A stretch of DNA of 64,000 nucleotides from an uncultured bacterium (GTDB taxonomy: Bacteria; Patescibacteriota; Microgenomatia; Levybacterales; UBA12049). Below are positions 19,957-30,646 of this stretch, one piece after another. Position numbers and translations under genes: made by a program. The first letter of the stretch is position 1. Every line of letters starts with the position of its first letter. Location of the stretch: assembly GCA_963826535.1 (NCBI GenBank), contig CAWGXL010000010.1, positions 42,814 to 106,813 on the forward strand, read 5' to 3'. The notes under the pieces are model-generated. The model did no database searches. It worked only from the letters and a program-made list of their open reading frames with translations, and was not told the origin of the DNA.

Positions 19957-21486
19957 TTAGAGAATACTGGATAGGGCGGATTTACTGCGGAGTTTCTTGT
20001 GGTAGGTTATGGCGAAGCGATGTGCTTCGTCCCGGATGCGCATAATTAAATGGAGAGAAGGGGAGCTTTTGGGAAGTGAAATTTCTTGATAATGCTCTCC
20101 CTCTTTTGTCATTGCGAGCGAACGAAGTGAGCGCGGCAATCCTGCCCGATTATTTGTCAATTTTTCTTTTAATAGAGATTGCTTCGTCTCCTCCATCCGG
20201 CGGATCCTCGCAATGACAGGAACTATTATTGTCTCTTCTCTCTTGGCCAATCCAATCAGGGGTATATTCATATTATTTTCTTGTAAAACTTTAAGCGCTG
20301 CTGATACCTGCCCCTTGCCCCCGTCAACGATTATTAAATCAGGCAAGTCCCATTCAGTATGTTTTAGTCTCCGCGTTATCACTTCTTGCATCATTGCAAA
20401 ATCATTTGGTTTGCCCGATATTCGAATTTTAAATTTACGATATTGCGAACCCTCTTTTTCACCGTTTATAAATACCACCATTGACCCCGTCGCATTTGTG
20501 CCTTGTGTATTGGAGATATCATAACACTCAATTCTGTTTAGTTTTTTCATATCCCCCCAACTCCAATCCCCCAAGCCCCCTTTATTAAAGGGGGTGTCCG
20601 AAGGACGGGGGATTTTTGCAGCATCCGGAAGCAAAGTTGATTCTTGAATATTCTGGGCAGTGGGAATTTTGTGAGTTTGATTCAATGCTTCCATCAACCC
20701 ATTTAATTCCTGTTGTCTTAGGTCCGCGCGGAGATTAGGATTTGTATCATATTCAAAAGGCGTGTGGATTGGTGTTGTTATTAAACCAAGTGCATCTATT
20801 TTTTTCTGGATTTTAAGCGCTTCTTCAAAGTTCTCGTACTTACTTAATTTATCACGCTCTTTTTCCAGCTCACCCATTATTTTTCGGGACTGACCTTCTA
20901 ATATACGAATAATATTGCGGATAGTCTTTTTATAATCTTTAGCCGCCTCCACCGAATCAAAAACCTGTGGACATGGACATAAACCCAGGTGATTATATAG
21001 GCAAATTCGCTTAGAGTGATTTAGAGCTGAAACATAAGGAAAAACACGTCGGATTGTTTTGAGCACCAACCGTACAGAAGAAGTACTTGGATATGGGCCA
21101 AAATAGATTGCCTTGCTATCTTGCTCTAGTCTAGCCAAAGTAATACTTGGATATTTATCTTTTATAGTAATCTTAATTCGGATATATGATTTGTTATCTC
21201 TTAAAGTTATATTATATTTTGGCTGGTATTTTTTAATATAATAGGCTTCGAGAAGTAAAGCTTCCAGCTCTGATTCAACGACGGTTATTTTTATCTTTTT
21301 TATTTGCGAAACAAGCACCCGGGTTTTGTCACCTAAATCTTTGTTAATATAATACGAAGAAACTCGCGCTTTCAGATCGTTGGCTTTTCCAACATAAAGT
21401 ACAATATTACCTGCGTCTAAAAATCTGTAGACGCCCGCTTTTGAGGGCAATGATGAGTATGATAATACAGAGTATACCAATTCCAA
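19957..21486 (-). CDS. uvrC: Excinuclease ABC subunit C (lacks the C-terminal HhH domain; two palindromic insertions)
   Basis: GIY-YIG (GVY..LYVGKA), UVR domain, RIECYDISN, DGGKGQ, IRDEAHRFA. Confidence 0.92.
   Translation of the reverse strand: MELVYSVLSYSSLPSKAGVYRFLDAGNIVLYVGKANDLKARVSSYYINKDLGDKTRVLVSQIKKIKITVVESELEALLLEAYYIKKYQPKYNITLRDNKSYIRIKITIKDKYPSITLARLEQDSKAIYFGPYPSTSSVRLVLKTIRRVFPYVSALNHSKRICLYNHLGLCPCPQVFDSVEAAKDYKKTIRNIIRILEGQSRKIMGELEKERDKLSKYENFEEALKIQKKIDALGLITTPIHTPFEYDTNPNLRADLRQQELNGLMEALNQTHKIPTAQNIQESTLLPDAAKIPRPSDTPFNKGGLGDWSWGDMKKLNRIECYDISNTQGTNATGSMVVFINGEKEGSQYRKFKIRISGKPNDFAMMQEVITRRLKHTEWDLPDLIIVDGGKGQVSAALKVLQENNMNIPLIGLAKREETIIVPVIARIRRMEETKQSLLKEKLTNNRAGLPRSLRSLAMTKEGEHYQEISLPKSSPSLHLIMRIRDEAHRFAITYHKKLRSKSALSSIL
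20107..20218. repeat. Palindromic element family B, inserted in frame in uvrC
   Basis: TGTCATTGCGAGCGAACGAAGTGAGCGCGGCAATCC...GATTGCTTCGTC...CCTCGCAATGACA; encodes VIARIRRMEETKQS...GLPRSLRSLAMT. Confidence 0.9.
20565..20614. repeat. Palindromic element family P, inserted in frame in uvrC
   Basis: aatcccccaagccccctttattaaagggggtgtccgaaggacgggggatt; encodes IPRPSDTPFNKGGLGD. Confidence 0.88.
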
Positions 21487-23257
21487 TTCCTCCTCCGACC
21501 GTCCACCATTTTTTAATAAGTAATGGGGAAATATCGATTGTTTGCGTTAATGTCTGATTGCTTACACGTATTGTAAAACTCTTTATTTTATTTGTCAAAA
21601 AAGGTTCTTTCTTAAATGAAACGTTTAGACTTGCTGACCCAAAAGGAGGAATTAGGGGTACATTGAGTATTTGTTCACTAGGAGAAAGTTTGGATGATGA
21701 AATTGTTAATACCTGTGGAGATAATAGGCTTTGGCTGGCATTCTTTATTGTGATTTTACCTTTAATCGGTAAAGCAGCCATCGCATGTTTTGGCAGAGAC
21801 GAAATAATATCAAAATTAGCATCAATCGGGGGCGTGTTTTGACTGAAGTCAACCGAGACATCTTTGGTATATTTATCTGAAATAAATTTGTATCCTCCGG
21901 CAGGAATTGGGTAATTGCTATCCATTCCTTTTATAACAAAAGCAAAGTGATCAAAATCAAGTGTTGAGAAATAATCAATTCCACCTGTTGTACTTCCCCA
22001 CGTCGGATCAACCATAATCCATGTTTTTTTCTGATCATCATAATATTCCGGCCAGGCATGCAGAATATCCTTGACTAAAGAAAGAGGCCGTTGTTTGGTA
22101 TTTTGAGTGTAGGCGAATCCGTCAACTTCACGGGCTGGGATCCCGGCTGCACGGGCTAAAGCTATGAATAGATCGGTATACTCCAGGCAAACTGCGGAAT
22201 CGGGATTTTTCAACGCATTTAGAGCTCCTAAGCGGGGCTTGTCCTCCGTTACTCTTGTAAAGTCATATTTTAGTGCTTTAATTACAAATTTGTAAATTGC
22301 GTCCGGAGTTTTTAGCTCCTGTGCTAGTTGTTTTAATTCATTTGAATCTGCCTGCCAATATGGTTTTTCTTCCAGATATTTAATTCTGGACTCCTGCGAT
22401 AATTCTTCCGGCATGGGATTAAGCAGTATTTCTGCTTTACCATCAACAGTTACATCCATTTTTTGCGATGGCCCAAGATTAAAACTGGCAAGCCAATTTT
22501 TATCTTTATCAAGTACAACATTCTCGGGCAAAGGGCGAATGTCTTGAATAAAGACATTTTGATAGTTTGTCGTTGGGGGTATAGCAATTTCTGTTTTTAC
22601 AGGATAGAGATTATCATTTTTTATATGATAGGTAAGATGAAAAGAATAAATTTGCTTGTCGCCAAAGGAAATCGAAATACCGGATTTTCCAAGTTGTTTT
22701 TTATCAAAGACAAGACTTTCAAAAGAATTGACCTGCCTGCCGGCAGGCAGGTAGGGTTTAGTGTATGCCGGCTTACCAAAAGACGGCGGGACTTTAATTT
22801 CAACAGCAAATGTATCAAATTCGTCAGGATTTGATATTCCCGGTACATTAATTTCCCAGATTTTCCCGTATTGTTTGGCTACATCAGGGGTATCAAAAGT
22901 AATAGTAAAGTCTAATTTCTTACCTTGCCCTGGGGCTTTTTTGTTGAATGTTAAATTTATAATATATCCATCATCATTTTTTTCTATAACCGGATTTATT
23001 TTTCCGTCAGGATCAACGGCCGAAATATTGGTAATATTATCAAAACCCACCTGAATTTTATAAGAAGACGCGTAATACTCTGAAGTCTTATTAGTCAAGC
23101 TCACTTTTAAAGTGGCATGAGTTATTCCACTGGTCGCAGTTGAGTAAGTAACATTATAATCAGTGATAAAGTTGGAGGCAGCGGAAACAGGATACCGAGC
23201 AGATATTAAGAAAAAAGATACTATTATTGCAATTAAAAATGTAATTTTACTAAACAT
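21407..23257 (-). CDS. Secreted/membrane-anchored transglutaminase-like protein
   Basis: Signal peptide, AVCLEY, HAWPEYY, VDPTW (Cys-His-Asp triad), C-terminal TM helix. Confidence 0.88.
   Translation of the reverse strand: MFSKITFLIAIIVSFFLISARYPVSAASNFITDYNVTYSTATSGITHATLKVSLTNKTSEYYASSYKIQVGFDNITNISAVDPDGKINPVIEKNDDGYIINLTFNKKAPGQGKKLDFTITFDTPDVAKQYGKIWEINVPGISNPDEFDTFAVEIKVPPSFGKPAYTKPYLPAGRQVNSFESLVFDKKQLGKSGISISFGDKQIYSFHLTYHIKNDNLYPVKTEIAIPPTTNYQNVFIQDIRPLPENVVLDKDKNWLASFNLGPSQKMDVTVDGKAEILLNPMPEELSQESRIKYLEEKPYWQADSNELKQLAQELKTPDAIYKFVIKALKYDFTRVTEDKPRLGALNALKNPDSAVCLEYTDLFIALARAAGIPAREVDGFAYTQNTKQRPLSLVKDILHAWPEYYDDQKKTWIMVDPTWGSTTGGIDYFSTLDFDHFAFVIKGMDSNYPIPAGGYKFISDKYTKDVSVDFSQNTPPIDANFDIISSLPKHAMAALPIKGKITIKNASQSLLSPQVLTISSSKLSPSEQILNVPLIPPFGSASLNVSFKKEPFLTNKIKSFTIRVSNQTLTQTIDISPLLIKKWWTVGGGIGIGILCIIILIIALKSGRLQIFRRR
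22731..22752. repeat. Short GC palindrome family G, inserted in frame in the transglutaminase gene
   Basis: ACCTGCCTGCCGGCAGGCAGGT, a perfect 22-bp palindrome; encodes YLPAGRQV. Confidence 0.85.
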
Positions 23258-23261
23258 GAAT

Positions 23262-23394
23262 TAAAATCAAAAATCCAAAATTACAAATTCCAAATAAATT
23301 CAAATATTTAAATTCAAATATCAAAACATGTTTTGGATTTAATTATTTGAATTTTGATATTATTTGTAATTTGGTGCTTTGAATTTGTAATTTA
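23262..23394. repeat. Inverted array of degenerate heptamer repeats (CAAAT..-rich arm / ..ATTTG-rich arm)
   Basis: aaatcaaaaatccaaaattacaaattccaaat...aaacatgttt...atttgaattttgatattatttgtaatttggtgctttgaatttgtaattt. Confidence 0.65.
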
Positions 23395-23405
23395 TAGATC
23401 CTAAT

Positions 23406-26339
23406 CTATTTTAATACATTCTTGAGGAATTTGCCTGTCCAAGAGTTGGGGTTAGCAGCAATTTCTTCGGGTGTGCCGGTTGCTACAACTTGTCCTCCTT
23501 TTTCTCCTCCTTCAGGACCTAAGTCAATAATGTAATCGGCATTTTTTATTACATCTAAATTATGTTCAATAACAATGACCGAATTACCAAGACTTACTAA
23601 TCTTTGTAATACATATAATAATTTTTCCAGATCAGCAAAGTGCAAGCCTGTAGTTGGCTCATCCAATATATAAAGGGCATCCCCGCCTTTTTTCGAAAGT
23701 TCAGCAGCAAGTTTGACTCTCTGGGCTTCTCCCCCTGAAAGTGTTGGAGCGGCCTGACCCAACTTGATGTAGGATAGGCCCACATCATTAAGCGTTGCCA
23801 GCCTATGCGTTAGTCCGGGAATATGCGCGAAGAAATTTAAGGCTTGTGTTACGCTCATATCCAGTACATCGGCAATATTTTTATTATTAAATAATATCTC
23901 TAACGCTTCATTGTTATATCGTTTCCCCCGGCAAACTTCGCATGTTACATAAACGTCAGCAAGAAACTGCATTTCAATTTTTATTTGACCCTCTCCTTGG
24001 CATCCCTCACAACGGCCGCCTTTTACATTAAAGGAAAATCTACCCGGACCATAGCCACGCAGTTTTGCCTCTTTTGTAGCAGCAAAGAGACTACGGATAT
24101 AGGAAAAGGCACCGGTATATGTAACACAATTACTCCTTGGTGTCCGACCAATAGGCGATTGGTCGATAGCAAAGACATGCCTCACATTCTCATGTCCCTG
24201 AAGTCCAATAAATTTACCCGCCTTTTGCGGGTGGAACGAGTTTTTTAATTGCATTAAGGCATGGAAAAGAATATCGTTTACCAGAGTTGATTTTCCGCTG
24301 CCTGAGACGCCCGTTACTACGACTAATTTATTTAAAGGGAAATCAACAGTAATCTTTTTAAGATTATGCTCTGAAGCTCCAATTAGTTTTAGGAATTTAA
24401 ATCCCCCGTCCTGCGGGACACCCCCTTTATTAAAGGGGGTAAGGGGGATTTCTTTTGCTTCTGATTTATTTATTTGTATTTTCTTTCTTCCCGACAAATA
24501 AGCACCGGTAATAGAATTTTTATTTTTCTTAATTTCCGCAATAGTTCCCTGCGCAACGATTTTTCCTCCATCTTCACCCGCTCCGGGTCCGAAGTCAAAA
24601 ATATAATCTGATTCTTCCATGGTTTCCTGGTCATGTTCAACGACCAATATTGTGTTTCCCAGATCCCGAAGCTTTTTAAGCGTCAGAATTAATTTAGAAT
24701 TGTCCCGTTGATGCAATCCAATAGACGGCTCATCCAGAACATACAAAACTCCGGTTAATCCGCTACCTATTTGTGATGCAAGGCGAATTCTTTGTGCTTC
24801 ACCTCCGGCCAAAGAAGCGGCTCCGCGGGCTAAAGTCAAGTATTCAAGCCCGACATCTATTAGAAAGCTTAAACGCTGTCGTATCTCACGCAAAATCATT
24901 TTGCCTATATCCTGTTCTCTTTTTGAAAGCACTGCGTTTTCTAGGCTGTCGATAAATTTGAGCGCCTGATCAATAGGAAAATTTGCAACATCTACTATAG
25001 ATTTATCATATATAGTAACCGCCAGTGCCTCTTTTTTAAGTCGTGCCCCATTGCAGCGCGGACAAATATCAAAACGCATAAATTTATCGATTTGGGTTCT
25101 GATAAATTGCGAGTCGGATTCATTATAGCGATTCTTGAGCTCATGATTAATGCCGCGAAACGGCTCATAAATTTCAGTTGTGCGCCCCCAGCGGTTTTCT
25201 CCTTCAACCCGGTATTCTTTTTTTCCTGTTCCGTAAATCAACAAATCTTTTTTTTCTTTGGGTACATCACTTAATTTTGTACTAAGCGGGACATCGTTCT
25301 CCTTACAGAAAGTTTTAAAAGTACGCGAAAACCAAGTGTCGCTCTCTGTCAAATTAAAAAATGGCAAGACCCCACCTTCGTTAATTGTCATTTTGTTATT
25401 GAATACCAAATCCCTGTCAACATTTAGTACCCGGCCCAAGCCGGCGCAATCCGGACATGCTCCATGAGGTGTGTTAAACGAGAAAATTCTAGGTTCAATT
25501 TCCGGAAGGGAAATGTTGCAAACAGGACAGGCAAACTTTTCGGAGAATAGTTGGTCTTCCATTTCCTTAGGCTTTTCCGGTAAATTGAACGAAGAATCTT
25601 GTATTATAGAGACAATCATTTCACCATCGCCATACTGTAATGCCTGCTCAACATCGGTGACAATACGGATCCGGTCTGTATCTTTTGTAAGCACTAAGGA
25701 ATCAATAATTACTTCGATCGTGTGCTTGTTTGTTTTAATAAGCACAAGCTTTTCATCAAGAGTAAAGACCTCTCCATCTATTCTTACCTTGCGGTATCCG
25801 CGCTTTTTCAAACTATTAAATAATTCCGTATACTCACCTTTCCTGTCTTTGACCACTGCTGCCATAAGCATAATACGCAGGTCTGCCCGTCCGGGCATTT
25901 TATGTTTTTTTAACATGTCAAATATAGTATTGGCGATTTGTTCTTTAGACTGACGGGCTATCTCACGCCCGCAATTTGGACAATGCGGATGGCCAATGCG
26001 CGCGAAAAGCAAACGAAGATAGTCATAAATTTCCGTCACCGTACCGACAGTTGAACGGGGATTATGACTTGTTGATTTCTGATCAATGGATATAGCAGGA
26101 GACAAGCCTTCAATAAGATCAATATCCGGCTTTTTCATCGTCCCCAAAAATTGGCGCGCATAAGATGAAAGACTCTCCACATAACGGCGCTGCCCCTCCG
26201 CGTATATTGTGTCAAAAGCAAGTGAAGATTTCCCGCTCCCGGAAAGCCCGGTCAAAATAACCAGCTTATTTTTAGGAATCTCCATGTCAATATTTTTGAG
26301 ATTATGTTCCCGAGCGCCTTTGATAACGAGTTTATCCAT
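23406..26339 (-). CDS. uvrA: Excinuclease ABC subunit A
   Basis: [19 protein letters not shown], two ABC cassettes, zinc fingers, LSGGEAQR. Confidence 0.98.
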   Translation of the reverse strand: MDKLVIKGAREHNLKNIDMEIPKNKLVILTGLSGSGKSSLAFDTIYAEGQRRYVESLSSYARQFLGTMKKPDIDLIEGLSPAISIDQKSTSHNPRSTVGTVTEIYDYLRLLFARIGHPHCPNCGREIARQSKEQIANTIFDMLKKHKMPGRADLRIMLMAAVVKDRKGEYTELFNSLKKRGYRKVRIDGEVFTLDEKLVLIKTNKHTIEVIIDSLVLTKDTDRIRIVTDVEQALQYGDGEMIVSIIQDSSFNLPEKPKEMEDQLFSEKFACPVCNISLPEIEPRIFSFNTPHGACPDCAGLGRVLNVDRDLVFNNKMTINEGGVLPFFNLTESDTWFSRTFKTFCKENDVPLSTKLSDVPKEKKDLLIYGTGKKEYRVEGENRWGRTTEIYEPFRGINHELKNRYNESDSQFIRTQIDKFMRFDICPRCNGARLKKEALAVTIYDKSIVDVANFPIDQALKFIDSLENAVLSKREQDIGKMILREIRQRLSFLIDVGLEYLTLARGAASLAGGEAQRIRLASQIGSGLTGVLYVLDEPSIGLHQRDNSKLILTLKKLRDLGNTILVVEHDQETMEESDYIFDFGPGAGEDGGKIVAQGTIAEIKKNKNSITGAYLSGRKKIQINKSEAKEIPLTPFNKGGVPQDGGFKFLKLIGASEHNLKKITVDFPLNKLVVVTGVSGSGKSTLVNDILFHALMQLKNSFHPQKAGKFIGLQGHENVRHVFAIDQSPIGRTPRSNCVTYTGAFSYIRSLFAATKEAKLRGYGPGRFSFNVKGGRCEGCQGEGQIKIEMQFLADVYVTCEVCRGKRYNNEALEILFNNKNIADVLDMSVTQALNFFAHIPGLTHRLATLNDVGLSYIKLGQAAPTLSGGEAQRVKLAAELSKKGGDALYILDEPTTGLHFADLEKLLYVLQRLVSLGNSVIVIEHNLDVIKNADYIIDLGPEGGEKGGQVVATGTPEEIAANPNSWTGKFLKNVLK
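24400..24450. repeat. Palindromic element family P, inserted in frame in uvrA
   Basis: Coding strand aatcccccttaccccctttaataaagggggtgtcccgcaggacgggggatt (51 bp); encodes [16 protein letters not shown] in the inter-ABC linker. Confidence 0.88.
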
Positions 26340-26509
26340 AAATTTTTTTGGGGAAAAAGATTATATATTATACCTCGAATTGCAACACAAGGCAATTGCC
26401 TCACTCTTGCAAAATGGGAAATCTTGGTTTCACTTAATAAATAGAGTATAATTCTGGAATTGTACACAGCAGCACTAAAAACACAAGCGGTTCTTTTTGC
26501 TTAATCTAT

Positions 26510-27058
26510 ATGACAGAAGTCTTGAGTGGAGAGTGGATACCTAAACGAGAATTCACAACTAAGCGAAAAAGTTTCTTACAAAAGCTAGAAGAAGTCGACA
26601 AGGAATTAGCCAACAATCCTCTTGTTGCCCTCATGGAAGGGGAGGAGAGTAGGTATGATATACCTCATGAGAAACTTGTAGGTTTTATCAAAGGTGTTTT
26701 AACGCAGGCGCGTGCTGACTATGAGAATGAGGGGTTGGAATTTGACCCTGTAGTGTGGATAGGAAAACGTTTAACATCAAGAACTATTCGTAGTGAGAGA
26801 GGTTTTATTCATAAACGCCCGAAATTAGGCGTATCGCTCAGCTATGCATGGGATGCGATCTCTGAACCTTATATTAAGAGTCAAGATTATAGAAGAATTA
26901 TAAAATACATTCTGAGATCAGAGACAGCAAGCGCAGGAAGTAATCTAGTTACCTTAGAGCCTGGGGCGGTCAAGTTTTTAGACGCAATGGCTGAAGCTGT
27001 TGATATTCCCTATACTCGCGGGGTGGCAACTTTTGACTTGCTGAAAAACATTCGGTAG
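26510..27058 (+). CDS. Hypothetical protein
   Basis: 182-aa ORF, no recognised motif. Confidence 0.6.
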   Translation: MTEVLSGEWIPKREFTTKRKSFLQKLEEVDKELANNPLVALMEGEESRYDIPHEKLVGFIKGVLTQARADYENEGLEFDPVVWIGKRLTSRTIRSERGFIHKRPKLGVSLSYAWDAISEPYIKSQDYRRIIKYILRSETASAGSNLVTLEPGAVKFLDAMAEAVDIPYTRGVATFDLLKNIR

Positions 27059-27090
27059 AATGCTAACGACTTATTTCGACACTAAAGCAA

Positions 27091-27312
27091 TTATATAAAA
27101 TCTTTTAGCTCTTCATACTCCATTGCCGCCTGTTTCAAAATACTTTTCAGCGTTCCTAATGCTACCTCTTTGTGTTTTGGAACAATTACTGTTTGCATTT
27201 TTCCAAATCGAAGTCCTCTTAATTTAACATGACTTCCTTTTGTAGAATATATATAAAATCCCATTCGCACTAAAGCTTTTATAATTTTTTCTCCGGAGTA
27301 TAATTTGGACAT
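27091..27312 (-). CDS. hicA: HicA-family toxin
   Basis: KGSH, VIVPKH.E...GTLKSILKQA. Confidence 0.88.
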   Translation of the reverse strand: MSKLYSGEKIIKALVRMGFYIYSTKGSHVKLRGLRFGKMQTVIVPKHKEVALGTLKSILKQAAMEYEELKDFI

Positions 27313-27530
27313 TAATTCAAAGCGAAGATCTGTGTTGTAACCTCCTCAATCATAGGGAACTGAAGATTATTTATATTTTCATCTTCCCTATACAAGTCAA
27401 ATGCCTCTTTTAAATTTTGTGTCGCTTCTTTTTTAGTATGTCCCTGGCTTGCCAGTTCAAGTTCCAGAAATTTAGCTATGAATAGCTTATCTTCTTTCCA
27501 AGTTATAATATGCAAAATTTGCTTTTTCAT
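27312..27530 (-). CDS. hicB: HicB-family antitoxin (short)
   Basis: ASQGHTKKEA..NLKEA..LY; overlaps the hicA start. Confidence 0.82.
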   Translation of the reverse strand: MKKQILHIITWKEDKLFIAKFLELELASQGHTKKEATQNLKEAFDLYREDENINNLQFPMIEEVTTQIFALN

Positions 27531-27610
27531 AATTATTAGAATTTTAGCATTTTAATTGCCGCTTTACAAATATGTTCCTTTCATTATAATAGTTAAGGGA
27601 TAATGACTTA

Positions 27611-28669
27611 ATGTCAAAGGTTTTTTATAAATATCTAGGTAAAACTGAGACTTGGCCGCATCTTACAAACGTTTATCCGAGTTCTTTGACGTACGATGAC
27701 GTGTATCTTGTTCCACAAACTTCACCCATTGCTTCAAGAACTATAGTTGATACATCTGTAAAACTCGGGCCGTATACTTTATCTAAACCAATTATTTCAG
27801 CGCCAATGGATACCATAACTGGCGAACGGATGATCAGAGAGCTTGCACGGCTTGGTGCCATTGGCACACTTCCCCGTGGTGATTTGGAAGAAAGAAAAGC
27901 TATTTGCAAGCGACTGACGGTCGAAAATATTCCTTGTATGTACGCGATTAGTTTGAAGAACGGATATGAAGAAGCAGTAGAATTGAAAAAAAAAGGCGCA
28001 CAGTTAGTTGTCGTTGACGTTGCGCACGGAGGTTCTATCCCCGCACAAGAACTGGCGCAGAAAATAAAGAAGAAATTAAAACTATTTGTAGTAGTTGGGA
28101 ATGTAGTGACATATACCGAGGTGCTTTCTTATAAAAAGTATGATATTGATATTGCCAAGGTTGGCGTTGGGCCGGGAGGGTTATGCACTACGCGTATTGT
28201 TGCCGGGACCGGCTTCCCCCAATTATCTGCGATTTTTGAGACCATAGAGTCAGGACTACCTGTTATTGCCGATGGAGGAATTAAACAAGCAGGTGATTTC
28301 GCCAAAGCAATTGCTGCCGGGGCAACTGTGGGCATGATCGGAAGCTTGTTTGCCGGTACCGATGAAACTCCCGGAGAATATACTATGAATGGCAAAAAAC
28401 TCGCCCGCGGTCAAGCGTCTTTGGCATATATGAATGATAATGGAATTATGACCAGTGAATTTCGCGCTGCTGAGGGTATAAGTGTTGAAATAGAACCGCG
28501 CGGGCCAGTCGTGAGAATTGTTGAACAATTAATGGGCGGTCTTAGAAGTGCTATGACATATGCGGGAGCAAAGAGTATTAAGGAGTTTCAGGAAAAAGCA
28601 CAGTTTATCGTAATAACAAATTCCAGCCAAGGAGAAGGAACTCCCTGGATAAAAAACCTCCTTCCCTAG
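27611..28669 (+). CDS. IMP dehydrogenase/GMP reductase family protein without CBS domains
   Basis: [42 protein letters not shown]. Confidence 0.9.
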   Translation: MSKVFYKYLGKTETWPHLTNVYPSSLTYDDVYLVPQTSPIASRTIVDTSVKLGPYTLSKPIISAPMDTITGERMIRELARLGAIGTLPRGDLEERKAICKRLTVENIPCMYAISLKNGYEEAVELKKKGAQLVVVDVAHGGSIPAQELAQKIKKKLKLFVVVGNVVTYTEVLSYKKYDIDIAKVGVGPGGLCTTRIVAGTGFPQLSAIFETIESGLPVIADGGIKQAGDFAKAIAAGATVGMIGSLFAGTDETPGEYTMNGKKLARGQASLAYMNDNGIMTSEFRAAEGISVEIEPRGPVVRIVEQLMGGLRSAMTYAGAKSIKEFQEKAQFIVITNSSQGEGTPWIKNLLP

Positions 28670-28680
28670 TAAATATTATT

Positions 28681-29139
28681 TTAAACTGTATTGTCAACTT
28701 TCTGTTCTACTTCTTTTTGCGTTACAGGTTTGATAATTTGCATTATATGTACTAAGCCATATGCTACAAGCGCATAGACTATCGCAGCAATAAGAGTTGA
28801 CCATTCAAGTACTGAAGCGCCGGAAATAGTATTGGCCAATATACCTCTGAATGGTATAGCGAGCGGATCACTAACTGCATAGATTAGACTGGTAAACTCG
28901 CTCGTTGGATTTGCACCAAGTGCCAATAGCGTCATACGAAATCCAAGCAATATTTCAACAACACCTAAAATATACCAAATTATTTGATAAGTTCTAAAAA
29001 TTGTCTTTTTCTTGTTAAATACTTGCTGAGCAGGTTCGGTTTTAACAGGAGGAGGAGTAGTCGTTATTGTCTTTACTACTTGTTTAGGATTCGAAACAGT
29101 TGTAGTTTCCTTAATCTCAGTCCCTGCATCATCTACCAT
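28681..29139 (-). CDS. YggT-family membrane protein
   Basis: LGANP...F..LIY..SDPL..PF.GI. Confidence 0.75.
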   Translation of the reverse strand: MVDDAGTEIKETTTVSNPKQVVKTITTTPPPVKTEPAQQVFNKKKTIFRTYQIIWYILGVVEILLGFRMTLLALGANPTSEFTSLIYAVSDPLAIPFRGILANTISGASVLEWSTLIAAIVYALVAYGLVHIMQIIKPVTQKEVEQKVDNTV

Positions 29140-29278
29140 AAAACTATCATGACAAGTTATTATAAATTTGTCAACTTTAGTTATTTTCTTATCGATAATA
29201 ATTTTACAAAAAATGGATTTTAAGTAAGGGTTAAACAGCCTTGTTGGAAATTATTGTTATTTTTGATAAAATCCACCT

Positions 29279-29737
29279 ATGCTTAACCCCGAGATGGAAG
29301 GTGGCCTTGATTCACCATTGCGAAGAGTTGAGTTGCATAGACTTTCGTCTACTCATGAAGACAACAGGAGAGTTCTGACGGAATTATTTTGCTCACCTGA
29401 TATTATAATTAGTGATGCAAAGATTATGAATATAAAAGCACCACCGCCTGGTAAGAGAACTGTTGTTGGCGGCCATGCAGAGAAAGGTCTTGAAATCCAG
29501 GTAGTTTTATCTGGAGAGATTACGCTTTTAGAATTAAAAGATGTTGTGACTGGAGAAGAAATAGAACACAAACATTTACAAGCGTGTACTAAAATAGTTC
29601 TCCCAGCAGGTGTAGTTCACAGATTAACCTTTTATAATGCTGCAACATTGTTAGTTTGCAATGAGATTCCTTTTAAACCTGATAAGCTTGTTAAGCACCC
29701 TTTTATAAAAGACCAATTAACAGCAGTGGCTAAGTAA
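29279..29737 (+). CDS. Cupin-fold protein (WxcM/FdtA-like)
   Basis: HEDNRR, GGH...E, LPAGVVH. Confidence 0.55.
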   Translation: MLNPEMEGGLDSPLRRVELHRLSSTHEDNRRVLTELFCSPDIIISDAKIMNIKAPPPGKRTVVGGHAEKGLEIQVVLSGEITLLELKDVVTGEEIEHKHLQACTKIVLPAGVVHRLTFYNAATLLVCNEIPFKPDKLVKHPFIKDQLTAVAK

Positions 29738-29742
29738 CTATG

Positions 29743-30420
29743 TTACCGCAAAAACTTGAAACTCACGAGGAATTTGTAGAAATCATCTAATTCTTGTTGT
29801 GATTTAAAATAATTACCAATTATATAAGTAAATCCGGATTTTTTAACCACTATTCGCCTATTAACCAATCCGTTACCCTGGAGTACATTATTGTTTTGAA
29901 TTAGGACTCCATCTATACCTGAGACAGGAATAGAAGCAAGTTTCTTAAATGTCCAGAATTCCGCATCCGGCCCAATTTGCAGATTAGCATTGTCATTGAT
30001 GGAATAAAGCTTATCAACTATTTCCTCAGACATGAAATGATAAACCTCCTTATCATTATTAAATCCATCAGGTATTACAGAAATATAAAATGTGGGAAAT
30101 CCCGTGGAACCGGACTGATTTTGTTTCATCACAAATGCTGTGCTATATGGAGTTTCAGAAAATTTTAAATAATCAGGGTAATTTACTGCAAAATTATATT
30201 TTTTATTTGTATACGTTTTCCAATTTGCAGATTGTATAATCTTAGAATCTTTTGTTTGGTCAGTAGGGTAGACATGTTGCAAAGTAACTTTCAAAACCCC
30301 GAATAAACAAACTACTCCAAAAATCGCAATAATTATTTTTATAAATAACGACATACCTTTACGCGGTGCCGGTGTAACCGTCTGCGGTGGTACTGTATTC
30401 TGAGGTGAGTTTTCCTCCAT
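29743..30420 (-). CDS. Membrane-anchored PsbP-like protein
   Basis: TM helix then WKTYTNKKYNFAVNYP, ends LVSFKFL. Confidence 0.7.
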   Translation of the reverse strand: MEENSPQNTVPPQTVTPAPRKGMSLFIKIIIAIFGVVCLFGVLKVTLQHVYPTDQTKDSKIIQSANWKTYTNKKYNFAVNYPDYLKFSETPYSTAFVMKQNQSGSTGFPTFYISVIPDGFNNDKEVYHFMSEEIVDKLYSINDNANLQIGPDAEFWTFKKLASIPVSGIDGVLIQNNNVLQGNGLVNRRIVVKKSGFTYIIGNYFKSQQELDDFYKFLVSFKFLR

Positions 30421-30646
30421 TAAATTAAGTATGTCAACTTAGACACGAATATGTCAAGATCACAAGCCGATGCTCATTCGCGCAGTTGAATTTCAAAGTT
30501 TCCCACTCAATATAGAAGCGGTTTACCTGTGAGTATTTCTTGTTGCATAAACATTGAAAATATCTCTAGAAAAAATACACTATAAAAGTTGACCTCTTAA
30601 CACAGAGTGTCTATAATTTACCTCATCTATTCAATGAGAATATAAT

